Of a stretch of 64,000 nt of DNA, positions 1 to 11,046 are shown in pieces. This stretch comes from Macrostomum lignano (taxonomy: Eukaryota): positions 124,001-188,000 of the forward strand of contig NIVC01002089.1 of assembly GCA_002269645.1 (NCBI GenBank). The letters run 5' to 3'. Position numbers and translations under genes: made by a program. The stretch's first letter is position 1. Each line of letters starts with the position of its first letter. A model generated the notes under the pieces. It saw only the letters and a program-made list of their open reading frames with translations, did no database searches and had not been told where the DNA came from.

Positions 1-870
1 AATAATTAATCATATAGAGTCTATTTAAAACTAAACAAACATCAAAGTGCGTTTTTTTGAAGCAAGATGATGAATTGTTAAAAATTTAGTAGTCAGTCTT
101 AGCTTTAAGTGTAATTTACTGTATTTATCAACTCTCGATGCTAAGTACCACTACTCCCTCCATGTTTATGTATTTTTGATTTTTTGATCAACTTTGTGTT
201 CATTATGTTTTATATTTTCATGATTTTTGGTGAGCAGTGAGCACCTAAGGCCATTTGCCATATACACTGGACTGCTGCAGCTGCAGTTTTCAACTCAAGG
301 CAAAACTTTTTAGAAATGCATCACGCCATCAGACACTGGTCCTAAAGCCACAAGCCAGCTAGCCCCAATAGGTATGCCAGCATACCAATAGGTATGACAC
401 TTAATTTTTTTGTAGTGTAGTCTACACAGACACAGTAGGGTAGGCCTCGCCTATAGTGCAGAAACTTATTTCTAGCACACAATGCAAGCAAACTTGCTTG
501 TTTGGGTGCAAGCATTCTGCTATGATCTTGACTATGGAACTACACCAATGTGCCAGATTGCACTTGCATTGTCACAAGCCAATCTGGACCAGACATTGCC
601 CATAATAATGGCCTAGCCCTAGGTTTCTATGCTTTTCAGTGCCCATGCTTTTATCTGCCCAAAAATCTGCCCAGTATTTCAGTAGGAGCCTAGGCCTATC
701 CAAAATTGATTTTTAATGCCCTAGGGCCTAGTTTAGGCCTGGTTTATAATGTCTAAAAAGGCCTAATAAAATATTAATATAGGCCTAGGCCTTAATAATA
801 TAATAAATGCTCTAAAAAACTTTTTTCCTAATGAAAGCACTTAGCCTATTCATTTTGTTACACTAGGCCC

Positions 871-920
<50 letters not shown>

Positions 921-2410
921 AGATGGCTCAGGCAAGAAGCCTGTTTGGCCAATATATTTCTGTGTATTTTAAGATTACTTCAGGAACAGAAGGCAATATT
1001 TTAGCATTAGTTATTTACTACAATTACAAAGTACAAGTTTTGCAATATGGTATTTGAAATAATGTGTAAATTTTGTTAACAAAACTTTGGACAACTAACG
1101 AGGTGAAAGAAAAAGCAGGGAGTTAAAAAGTATTGCATGAAATTTATGTATGTAGTTGGCGATATTGTGCAAAACAGTTTAGCACATAGGTTATAAAAAT
1201 AAGTTATATAGATATTAATCAGGTGATAACAAAATTGTATAAAATATAATATTTGAAAAAACATATAGGATTTTTTTGCGGTTTTTATTAAAAAAATATT
1301 GAGTAAAAGGATTGCTCATAATATTTAGCTATAATTGTATATGTGTAATAAATATACTGTTTGGAGGCCTAAAAAGGGACAAAAAATCAGCAACTTTTGA
1401 CATCTAACAACTTATAGTCTAATGCTCATTAAATATAATTTTTTTCTATAGAAATAGAGACTTTTCTGCAGAAATGTGCCAAAAACCTGTACCAAAGATA
1501 TGAAACATGATGGTGGGAATGGGAATAAGAAGCGGACTCAGTACTTTACTGCTATACCTGTATATAAACATGTTATATATTTCAGGTAAATAAATTTAAC
1601 TGTACATGACATCGTAAATTTTAGCTACTCTGGAGAGCTTTTTTCTGACTTTTTTCATTTGTGGCATACCCTATTTTATGCATGTGTGTGGCATCTAGAA
1701 GGTATTGAGAAAAGTATTTTTTCCTAATTTCTAGTGTTTGTGGGCACTCACTTAGGTAGTGAAGAATATCGGCTCCGTTTCTTGCTCCACAGAGTCCACA
1801 AGCTTCCTGAGAGAATGCCTTGGGCGTGAGCTCACATTTCAGTTTTAGAAGGGTTGTTAGGTATTTTTTGTTTCTAAATAGACTTGAAAAGTAATTTGAG
1901 AGAACAGGTCTGCATGTTTTTTTGAATAGGTAAGCGCTTTTGTAGTATTTAATATGGTGCTGGTTGTCTAGCTTTTGGCTTAGATCTCTTTCTCTATACA
2001 TGTGCAGGTGCTTTTTCACTAGAAGTTTCTCATTGTTAAAACTTAGTTGGGGGGGGGGTTATCTTTGTATAATGTCTTGAGGTCTATACTTTTCAGTTTC
2101 TTTTGAAAATTCGTTACCCATGGGTTATTTTGGCTGGTATTTGAGTGAAAATTTTCAAGTGTTGTTGAACAGAGTTTTTTGTGTCTGATTTTTAGCCAAT
2201 AGGTAATGTAGGTTTTTGCAATCTGTTGAGAAATTGATATGAGCTTGAGTTCGGGTGATATAACACTGTTGCTCACATATTTTGGTAGGTTAAAAAGGTA
2301 TTTGTAGAACTTTAATTGGATGCTATCGATAGCATTTGCATCAGAAAGGGTAGCCAGGGGTTCCCAAATTTCACAACCATAGGTGATAACAGGAGAAACA
2401 AGGGTGTCAA
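871..2410 (-). mobile_element. 5'-truncated non-LTR retrotransposon (LINE) copy: 3' part of ORF2, 3' UTR and (TAC)n tail
   Basis: ORFs 2043..2276 and 1621..2019 align with the C-terminus of the LINE ORF2 at 19462..20490 (TYWLKIRHKKLC; CGLCGARNGADILHYLSECP CCHC knuckle). The terminal motif TGGCTCAGGCAA..AGCCTGTTTGGCCAATATATT (~924-958) recurs at ~18999-19033. A (TAG)n run at 871-920 is the element tail. Confidence 0.9.
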
Positions 2411-2575
2411 AGGGGATGCTAAAGGGAATGATGCCGGTGGGGTGATGCTGAGGCCTGAGGGGGATGATGCTGTGGGGAATGATGCTAGGGGATGATGCTG
2501 AAGGGCATGATGCTAAGGGGAATGATGCTGAGGGGGATGATGCTGAGGCCTGAGGGGAATGATGCTGAGGGGGAT
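2402..2575. repeat. Degenerate ~15-bp minisatellite (GGGGATGATGCTGAG) at the LINE 5' truncation point
   Basis: About 10 imperfect copies are visible. ORF 2492..2686 shows a 5-aa period (MMLRG). Confidence 0.8.
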
Positions 2576-2702
2576 TTCACTGAATCAATTGCAGCCTTTC
2601 TCAGTCCATTTAATTTTTTTCACCGCTGCCAACATCAAGTACATTTGTTGAAAATGAAGATTTTATTCAAAACTTTCAGACACTAAGAGGGCCGCCACAA
2701 AA

Positions 2703-3756
2703 ATGCCGAACATTAAGCTGCAGTCGAGCGACAATGAAATATTCGAGGTTGACATAGAAATTGCCAAGCAGTCGGGCACCATCAAGACCATGCTGGAGGA
2801 CCTGTCCGTTTCCGATGAAGGCGACGAAGAAGTTCCCCTGCCCAATGTCAACGCCGCCATCCTCAAGAAGGTCATCGCCTGGTGCACCTATCACAAGGAC
2901 GACCCGCCACCTGTGGAGGAGGATGAGTACAAGGAGCGGCGTACCGACGATATCCCCACTTGGGATCAGGAGTTCCTTAAGGTTGTTGCTTAAGCCTGAC
3001 GTATCATTGTTTGTAGCTGGTGCAGTGGGTAATGGGGACATTGCAAAGGCTAATAGGGGCATTGCAAAGGCTAATTGTAACATTGCAAACTTAAGGCTAA
3101 TGTGGATATTTCAAAGGCTATTGGATACTTTGCAGTGGCTAATGCAGATATTACTAAGGCTAATGGGAACTTTGCAGTGGCTAATGCAGATATTGCAAAG
3201 GCTAATGGTGATATTGCAAAGGCTAATGGTGATATTGCAAAGGCTAATGGTGATATTGCAAAGGCTAATGGGGACATTGCAAAGGCTAATGGTGATATTG
3301 CAAAGGCTAATGGGGATATTGCAAAGGCTAATGGTGATATTGCAAAGGCTAATGGGGACATTGCAAAGGCTAATGGTGATATTGCAAAGGCTAATGGGGA
3401 TATTGCAAAGGCTAATGGTGATATTGCAAAGGCTAATGGGGACATTGCAAAGGCTAATGGTGATATTGCAAAGGCTAATGGGGACATTGCAAAGGCTAAT
3501 GGAGACATTGCTAACTAAGCCAGCATCTTGGCGCCGCCAATCCCAGGTGGACCAGGGCACCCTGTTTGAGATCATTCTGGCTGCTAACTACCTGGACATC
3601 AAGGGCCTGCTAGACGTGTCCTGCAAGACCGTGGCCAACATGATCAAAGGCAAGAGCCCCGAGGAGATCCGCAAGACCTTCAACATCAAGTGCGACTTCT
3701 CGGCAGAGGAGCTGGAGCGGGTTCGAAGGGAGAACGAGTGGTGCGAGGAGAAGTGA
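2703..3756 (+). CDS. SKP1: S-phase kinase-associated protein 1 (SCF E3 ligase adaptor), 2 exons
   Basis: Exon 1 is 2703..2981 ([16 protein letters not shown]...WDQEFLK) and exon 2 is 3547..3756 ([47 protein letters not shown]...ENEWCEEK). The intron is 2982..3546, phase 0, GT..CAG. The sequence is an unmistakable SKP1. Confidence 0.97.
3025..3515. repeat. 21-bp minisatellite (GACATTGCAAAGGCTAATGGG) filling the SKP1 intron
   Basis: More than 20 copies, degenerate at the 5' side and homogeneous from ~3190. ORF translations show a 7-aa period. Confidence 0.95.
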
Positions 3757-4148
3757 GCAGGCACATTAAAGTGAGCACAGAGTCAGACTACTCAGAGCCG
3801 CTGGGCTGGACGCAGATTCGAGCTGGGGTTTTTTTGAAATTTCTCTTTCCCACCCCCGCTTATTGACTTTGGTGTGACATCTGCAAAATAAAATTGTAAT
3901 CTTGTAATCATTATATACTTTGCTTTTTTGCTTTGTGTTTTTTAGCCGCTCCCGCTTGTCCTCTCCGTGATTTTTGAATGCTACTACTTATATTTAGTAC
4001 TGTGTGTCGATAGTTGATAGTTTCTGTAGAATTTGAACCCACCCTCCATCCGCCCCTGCAAATATTTATACTACTCAGAGAGGCACCGTTCTGTTGTCGC
4101 TTTTTTCGTTATTCGCGATCCTCACAAGAAAGAACTGGATCTAATGTA

Positions 4149-4462
4149 ATCTTTTTAATACTTCTGCAGTCATAAGACCAGCTTTATCTATTTAAAACAA
4201 AGCTTAATGAAACTGTTATTAATCTTAAATTTACGAGTATTTATAATAATAATTTTTACTAAAAAGCTGCTTACATTTTTCAACAAAAAAACGCGTTAGA
4301 CTACTACTCACTTGCTCTAAGTAGTATGGTCATAACTTGCTACCAGGTTGATTTAAGTAGAAAATAACTATTCTCTTTTCATTGCTTTTTGAATTGAAAA
4401 TAAATGATTTATTAATAAAATTGTCATGCGGGATCTACGCGAAGCGAGTAAGGCACCACTAG
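4149..4462 (+). mobile_element. Possible short non-autonomous Helitron-like element
   Basis: It ends in ...CGCGAAGCGAGTAAGGCACCACTAG|T (CTAG at 4459-4462 followed by T). A candidate A|TC start lies near 4149-4151. There is no coding support. Confidence 0.3.
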
Positions 4463-4477
4463 TTTATTGAAAGTTTT

Positions 4478-5052
4478 TCTATATAATAGCAAACCGCTTC
4501 GCTGTGCTTGAGACTGTCGAACTGTTCGCTATCCATCTCTCCGAGAGGCTGGCTTTTCCCTATTTAAATTTGATCCAAGGCTCGCTTTTTGCTTCACTCC
4601 TTTAATAAAGCTTTTCTTGATGAAATTGTGGGTAGAAGCGGGCGGGTGTAGCTATGGGGACTGTGGGTAAAAGCGGGTGTAGCTCTGGGGTTTTTGGGTG
4701 TAGCGGCTAGCGGGTAGAAGCGGGGGCGGGTGTAGCTTTGGGGATTGTGGGTAGAAGCGGGTGTAGCTATGGGGATTGTGGGTAGAAGCGGGTGTAGCTA
4801 TGGGGATTGTGGGTAGAAGCGGATGGAGCTATGGGGATTGTGGGTAGAAGCGGTTGTAGCTATGGGGATTGTGGGTAGAAGCGGTTGTAGCTATGGGGAT
4901 TGTGGGTAGAAGCAGGTGTAGCTGAGTTGATTGTGGGTAGAAGCGGGTGTAGCTGAGTTGATTGTGGGTAGAAGCGGGTGTAGCTAATGGGATTGTTCGT
5001 TAAATTGAATTGAAGACATCTCTTCGTGAAGAACGAGTGCTACATGTGCTAG
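4478..5052 (+). mobile_element. Non-autonomous Helitron-like element carrying an internal 31-bp minisatellite
   Basis: The 5' end is TCTATATAATAG (4478). A subterminal palindrome TCTTCGTGAAGA lies at 5021-5032 and a CTAG at 5049-5052. An internal array of GGGTAGAAGCGGGTGTAGCTATGGGGATTGT spans ~4625-5000. Confidence 0.5.
4625..5000. repeat. 31-bp G-rich minisatellite
   Basis: GGGATTGTGG occurs at 4741 and 4772 (31-bp period); about 11 copies. Confidence 0.9.
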
Positions 5053-5224
5053 CTATGTGCCTTCGGTTGGGTTATGTTATACCTGTATTTGTTTTCGCGC
5101 AAATACAAGTTTTATTTTTATATTTTCCGTCAAAATCAGATTTGAAGGTTGCTACGCAAAAAGCGAAAAATTTTGTTTGATGTGGGGAATCCCAGATGAG
5201 CGAATTTGCCTTTAGGAAATCTTA

Positions 5225-5640
5225 AATGAGAAGCAAATTGTCATGGGAATCCCAGGTGAGAGAAGATATATCTCCCAGGTGGGAGATAATGTTCCATGGA
5301 GAATCCCAGGTGGGTGATAATGTTCCATGGGGAATCCCAGGTGGGGAGAAGATGTGTGCTATGGGGAATCCCAAGTGGGAGATAATGTTCCATGGGGAAT
5401 CCCAAGTGGGAGATAATGTTCCATGGGGAATCCCAAGTGGGAGATAATGTTCCATGGGGAATCCCAGGTGGGAGATAATGTTCCATGGGGAATCCCAGGT
5501 GGGGAGAAGATATGCCATAGGAAATCCCAGGTTGGAGAAGATACGAGTATGCCATGGGGAATCCCATGTTGGAGAAGATACGAGTATGCCATGGGGAATC
5601 CCTAGGTGTTAAAAATGTTCCATGGGGAATCCCACCTCCG
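5225..5640. repeat. 31-bp minisatellite (ATGGGGAATCCCAGGTGGGAGATAATGTTCC)
   Basis: ATGGGGAAT occurs at 5361 and 5392; about 12 copies, between the convergent SKP1 and USP 3' ends. Confidence 0.9.
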
Positions 5641-5815
5641 CAATTTGACAAAAAGAGAATCCCATGCATGCAGCTTTTTCGAACATTTTCTACAAGCTAT
5701 TGAAAAACAAAATATGGCTTAAATATTCATGCTAATGGTTTACTATGATGTTCAATTGTGCATTCTTCCTATGGAGACTTCAGTCAAGCTTTCCACATAT
5801 ATGCTGAGTCAGCAC

Positions 5816-8800
5816 TCAGTGCCCTTTAGCGGCGGCAGAACCGGCGGCCTCGTGAGAGTCAGCAGTCGGCGGCTTGGGCACGATGCACACCGGCAGGTTG
5901 CTGTGCCGCATCACGTGCTCGGACACGGAGCCTAAGAATGCGCGACGGACGTCGCTTAGTCCACGCGTTGCCATGATAACTAGGTGGCAGCCGCTGCGCC
6001 AGGCGATGTCAACCAGGGCCTCTCCGGGTCGTTTGTGACTCTCGGCAATGAAGTCCAGCTGAAGTGAGAAGCATTCCAGCGCTTAATTGTTCTAGAATGA
6101 TTCTTTGACACCTGGTCTGACCACAGATAGACGATTGGAATTCAATTGGAGTTTGCTGATTCTTCACTGAATCACAAATTTTAATTCAGTGTATCACCTT
6201 TTACAATGCACATGTAACTCTTAAAATTTTGCTGGGTTTATGGCGTCTCTGACACCTGGCACCCTAGCTGGTTACATGTACCTAGCAACCCCTAGCTGGA
6301 ACCCCCTGACGCTTGAATGTACCTGGCAACCCCTGGAACCCCCTGCCGCTTGAATGTACCTGGCAACCCCTGGAACCCCCTGCCGCTTGAATGTACCTGG
6401 CAACCCCTGGAACCCCCTGCCGCTTGAATGTACCTGGCAACCCCTGGAACCCCCTGACGCTTAAATGTACCTGGCAACCCCTGGAACCCCCTGACGCTTA
6501 AATGTACCTGGCAACCCCTGGAACCCCCTGACGCTTAAATGTACCTGGCAACCCCTGGAACCCCCTGACGCTTGAATGTACTTGGCAACCCCTGGAACCC
6601 CCTGACGCTTAAATGTACTTGGCAACCCCTGGAACCCCCTGACGCTTGAATGTACTTGGCAACCCCTGGAACCCCCTGACGCTTAAATGTACTTGGCAAC
6701 CCCTGGAACCCCCTGACGCTTGAATGTACTTGGCAACCCCTGGAACTCCCTGACGCTTGAATGTACTTGGCAACCCCTGGAACTCCCTGACGCTTGAATG
6801 TACTTGGCAACCCCTGGAACCCCCTGACGCTTGAATGTACTTGGCAACCCCTGGAACTTAATGTATAATTGGTAACCTCTAGAACTCAGTGACACCCGCA
6901 TGCACGAGGCAACCCGGACACCTGCATGTACCTGACAACTGCATGTACCTGACACCTGCATGCACCTGACACCTGCATGTACCTGACACCTGCATGTACC
7001 TGACACCTGCATGTACCTGACACCTGCATGTACCTGACACCTGCATGTACCTGACACCTGCATGTACCTGACACCTGCATGTACCTGACACCTGCATGTA
7101 CCTGACACCTGCATGTACCTGACACCTGCATGCACCTGACACCTGCATGTACCTGACACCTGCATGTACCTGACACCTGCATGCACCTGACACCTGCATG
7201 TACCTGACACCTGCATGTACCTGACACCTGCATGTACCTGACACCTGCATGTACCTGACACCTGCATGTACCTGACACCTGCATGTACCTGACACCTGCA
7301 TGTACCTGACACCTGCATGTACCTGACACCTGCATGTACCTGACACCTGCATGTACCTGACACCTGCATGTACCTGACACCCCTTCAACAATTTAAGTGG
7401 CGTGGGCGGTTGCGTGTACGTACTCAAACATGAAGGCTTCTAGCAAATATGCTGTGCATTCACAGCCTTATGACCCCGGCAATTACACTACTGCATGTAC
7501 GTGCAAATTACAGGCACGGGACGACACTTATAAGATTCGGGGCTTACAGTAATTAGATTGGCCATGTCTATCTGATCAGGGCTTAGCTGATAAACTGCAT
7601 GCAAGAGTGTTAGTCCAAGTCTCGGTGACTGCGGTACAAGTATGCTAGATGAGTCAGGCAAATACAGAGAGAGCGGGTGTTCCTGACTGCGCGGCGCCAA
7701 GATCTCGTATTCAGATTGATAAGATAAGCGGGTACAGTTCGATAAGAATTTGCGTAGCTGACACTTCATGGATTTCTATGAACTGGAGAAGCTCTTAACC
7801 TGGAACTTGAATAACTAGGTTTTATAAGGCCACATGCCGTATGATTAGGCAAAATACTTAAAATCGTTAATATACTTGCAGATTAACTTTAGCGCTTGTC
7901 TGATAAGCTGCCAGTATAGGATCTCTCCCCTCTTTTCCTCTCCCCTCTTCTCCTCCCCTCTTCTCCTCCCCTCCTCTCCTCCCCTCTTCTCCTCCCCTCT
8001 TCTCCTCCCCTCCTCTCCTCCCCTCTTCTCCTCCCCTCCTCTCCTCCCCTCTTCTCCTCCCCTCTTCTCCTCCCCTCTTCCCCTCTTCCCTCTTCTCCTC
8101 TCCCCTCTTCTCCTCCCCTCTTCCCCTCTTCCCTCTTCTCCTCTCTCCTCTCCCCTCTTCTCCTCTCCCCTCTTCTCCTCTCCCCTCTTCTCCTCTCCCC
8201 TCTTCTCCTCTCCCCTCTTCTCCTCTCCCCTCTTCTCCTCTCCCCTCTTCTCCTCTCCCCTCTTCTCCTCTCCCCTCTTCTCCTCTCCCCTCTTCTCCTC
8301 TCCCCTCTTCTCCTCTCCCTTCTTCTCCTCTCTCCTCTCCTCTCCTCTCCTCTCCTCTCCTCTCCTCTCCTCTCCTCTCCTCTCCTCTCCTCTCCTCTCC
8401 TCTCCTCTCCTCTCCTCTCCTCTCCTCTCTCCTAATCTCTTCTCCCCTCCTCTCTCCTCTCCTCTCCTATCTTCACCTCTCTTCACCTCACCTCTCCTCT
8501 TCTCTTTTCTCCCCTCCTCTCTCGTCCTCTCCTCTCCTCTCCTCTCCTCTCCTTACCTCTTCTCTCCTCTTCTCTTTTCTCTCCTCCTCTCCTCTCCTCT
8601 CTTCTCTTCTCCTCTCCTTTCCTCTCCTCTTTTCTCCCCTCCTCTCCTTTCTTCTCCTATCCTCTCCTCTCTTCACCTCTCCTCTCCTCTCCTCTCCTCT
8701 CCTCTCCTCTCCTTACCTCTTCTCTCCTCTTCTCTTTTCTCTCCTCCTCTCCTCCTCTCCTCTCCTCTCCTCTCCTCTCCTTTCTTCTCCTCTCCTCTCC

Positions 8801-9351
8801 TCTCCTCTCCTCTCCTGTCCTCTCCTCTTTTCTCACCTCCTCTCCTCTCTCCTCATCTCTTCTCCCCTCCTCTCTCCTCTCCTCTCCTCTCCTCTCCTCT
8901 CTTTTCTCCCCTTCTCTCCTCTCCTCTCTCCCCTCCTCCCCTCTCCTCTCCTCTTACCAGAGGAGATAGGGCAGAAAGGGATCGAGACAGACAACTGCTG
9001 CGTGTGGGCTGGATGAGTCCCCAATTCTCGAAAAGTTAGGCCGCAGGCAGGATCGCACCTTCAATTTGAGGTTGGCAGCCCGCAGCAGGAGGTCCTCCTC
9101 CATCTGTTTGGCCGCCCGTCCATTCGCCAGAATGATTTCGCGCCAGTCGTCGGCGGGCACGCTGAAGCCTTTCTTGAGCGAGAACGACGGGAGCGACGGC
9201 GGCTCGAGGATGTGTGCAGCAATGACTAAGTCGCCTTCTCGACGCACGTTGGCCAGGTACCACTGGAATGCGTGCTCGGACAGCGGCGAACCGTCCAGGG
9301 CGATCAGAACTCGGCGATGGCCTGTTGCCGAGGAGTCCGACGGTGACGCTC
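5816..9351 (-). CDS. Universal stress protein (USP/UspA domain), paralog 2; start codon not resolved
   Basis: Exon 9351..9059 encodes RRVLIALDGSPLSEHAFQWYLANVRREGDLVIAAHI...LKLK. Exon 6058..5816 encodes LDFIAESHKRPGEALVDIA...LVIMATRGLSDVRRAFLGSVSEHVMRHSNLPVCIVP...*. The intron is 9058..6059 (GTGCGA..TTCAG). The USP hallmarks DGS and G-x2-G/S-x9-GSVS are present. Confidence 0.88.
6292..6857. repeat. 37-bp minisatellite in the USP paralog 2 intron
   Basis: The unit is CTGGAACCCCCTGACGCTTGAATGTACCTGGCAACCC (starts at 6333 and 6370); about 15 copies. Confidence 0.95.
6915..7380. repeat. 17-bp minisatellite in the USP paralog 2 intron
   Basis: The unit is TGCATGTACCTGACACC; about 27 copies; ORF track shows a 17-aa period. 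Confidence 0.95.
7920..8955. repeat. Polypyrimidine/polypurine (CTCTC/CTCTT)n low-complexity tract in the USP paralog 2 intron
   Basis: About 1 kb consisting almost solely of C and T on the + strand. Confidence 0.95.
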
Positions 9352-11046
9352 TGCAGAATCAATGAACTCGTCAGGATTCGGCAACCAATATGATGTACTT
9401 TTAGCGCCCGATATAATTGTACTACGCAAAATAAGAATGTACTTCTAGCATAGAAATGTACTTTTAACGCCCAGAAGGAAGGTACTGTTTGATCTTATAA
9501 TACTGCATTTTTGGCGCTCCAATACATATTGATTACAGGCACATCCAAAGTAGAAATGTACTTTTAGCAGCGCACAGGGATGCACTTATGACGAATAGGG
9601 ATGTACTTTTGCTTTGGCTTCTAATATCAATATCAATGTATTCAATACTTTTGGCCCTCGATCGATTATCATTGTCTTGTAGCTTATTTAAAATTGGCCC
9701 AACCGGGATGTGCGAAAATTGCAATTGAACTGTTTTGCAGAAAATTTTCTACTCAGGACAGAACTCGCATTTCAGAAGGTTTGGCTATAAGCAGTCTGGA
9801 TAATAAGTAAATGCATGATCCGACTTACTTGTTATTCTCGTTGCTGCAGGCCATATGGGATCGCTTCTGCCAATTATTGACAATAAAAATGCTGGTCACT
9901 TCAAGAGTGAAAGGTTTTATTCTGCAAGTTTATTTTACTAAACAGCATCCAATGTATTTGAGATCGTACATAATCTTTAGAGTGCAAGTTCCTGTCTATG
10001 AACCAAATCATGCCTTTTTATTTTTACGAGTACTTTAAATTTGTTTTTTCTGAGCTCGTTTTCACGCGTTCCAACAAATATTTTTGCTATGCACTGAACT
10101 CAAATATTTAACTTTTAAGTTATTTCAACTACGCGCAACAGTTCGTTGTTCAATAGTGAGGAAATCAAGGATGTAACCCGGATATTTATATGTAAGTACT
10201 TTTTATTTGAAACACGACGTGCGAATTAGAAGTTGACTAATGCTGCGGATATATAACAACTCGTACGCTTTGAATTATGGAGTGACTCTTGTGGTATCTT
10301 CAAGATATCACCGAAATAGTTATTCTTAATATTAAACAGTACAAGTGCAACGAAAGCAGTGTTGTTAGCTGAGAAAACTAATGTACTTAGATGAATAGAA
10401 AACGACAATTACCTGATGAGCTTAGATTAATAATAAAAACACTTCTCGAACTTACTACTTATGTGTGAGCAAATAATGTACTGGGTGCCCGGCGGCGTGG
10501 GGTGGGCGTACGCTGGGTAGAGAGAGCGGGGGAGTGTACAGTGTTTAATGTTGAATTAAATTACTAAGACGCAAAAATGCGGTGGTAGCGCGGCGGAGGC
10601 AGCGGCGGCGTGAGGTGGGCGTCCGCTGGGGTAGAGGGGAGAGCGTACATTCTTTAAGTTCCATTCAATTGTGACGGACCGCAAACCATGCAATTATAAA
10701 TGGTTGGGGTGGTGGGCTCGCGGCGTGGGGTTGGCGTCCTCTTCTAGAGAGGGCTGGCTGGGGAATGTACGCTCACTAAAACCCCACCGTTGTACACACA
10801 GCTGATAGTATCTTAACTGTTAAAGTACAAGTCAAAGAGGATAAATAAGAATTTCATCGCTCATGTATCCCTTAATTAATTATTGTATTTTAGTAGTGCT
10901 ACTACGTTCAAGCATAAGTGACTAAGGCCTAGACTTTTAAAAGTACATTTCTATACCGTTATTTTCGATGTTGAAAGGTGTTGTTATTAACTTCACTATC
11001 CAGCTAATCAGCAATACTTCTCTGGCTTGATTTCACGTTGAATTTT

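Noticed and set aside
481-515. Short CAAGCA/TGCTTG hairpin, with a similar one near 30190
   Set aside because: Too short and degenerate to distinguish from chance in AT-rich DNA.
3102-3518. ORF of (ANGDIAK)n resembling an antifreeze or ice-binding repeat protein
   Set aside because: It lies wholly inside the SKP1 intron and is a by-product of a 21-bp unit that is open in several frames. It has no ATG context or non-repetitive domain.
6292-9039. Long ORFs across the 37-bp, 17-bp and CT arrays (up to 387 aa)
   Set aside because: These are translations of tandem repeats in the USP intron and are open on multiple frames and strands.
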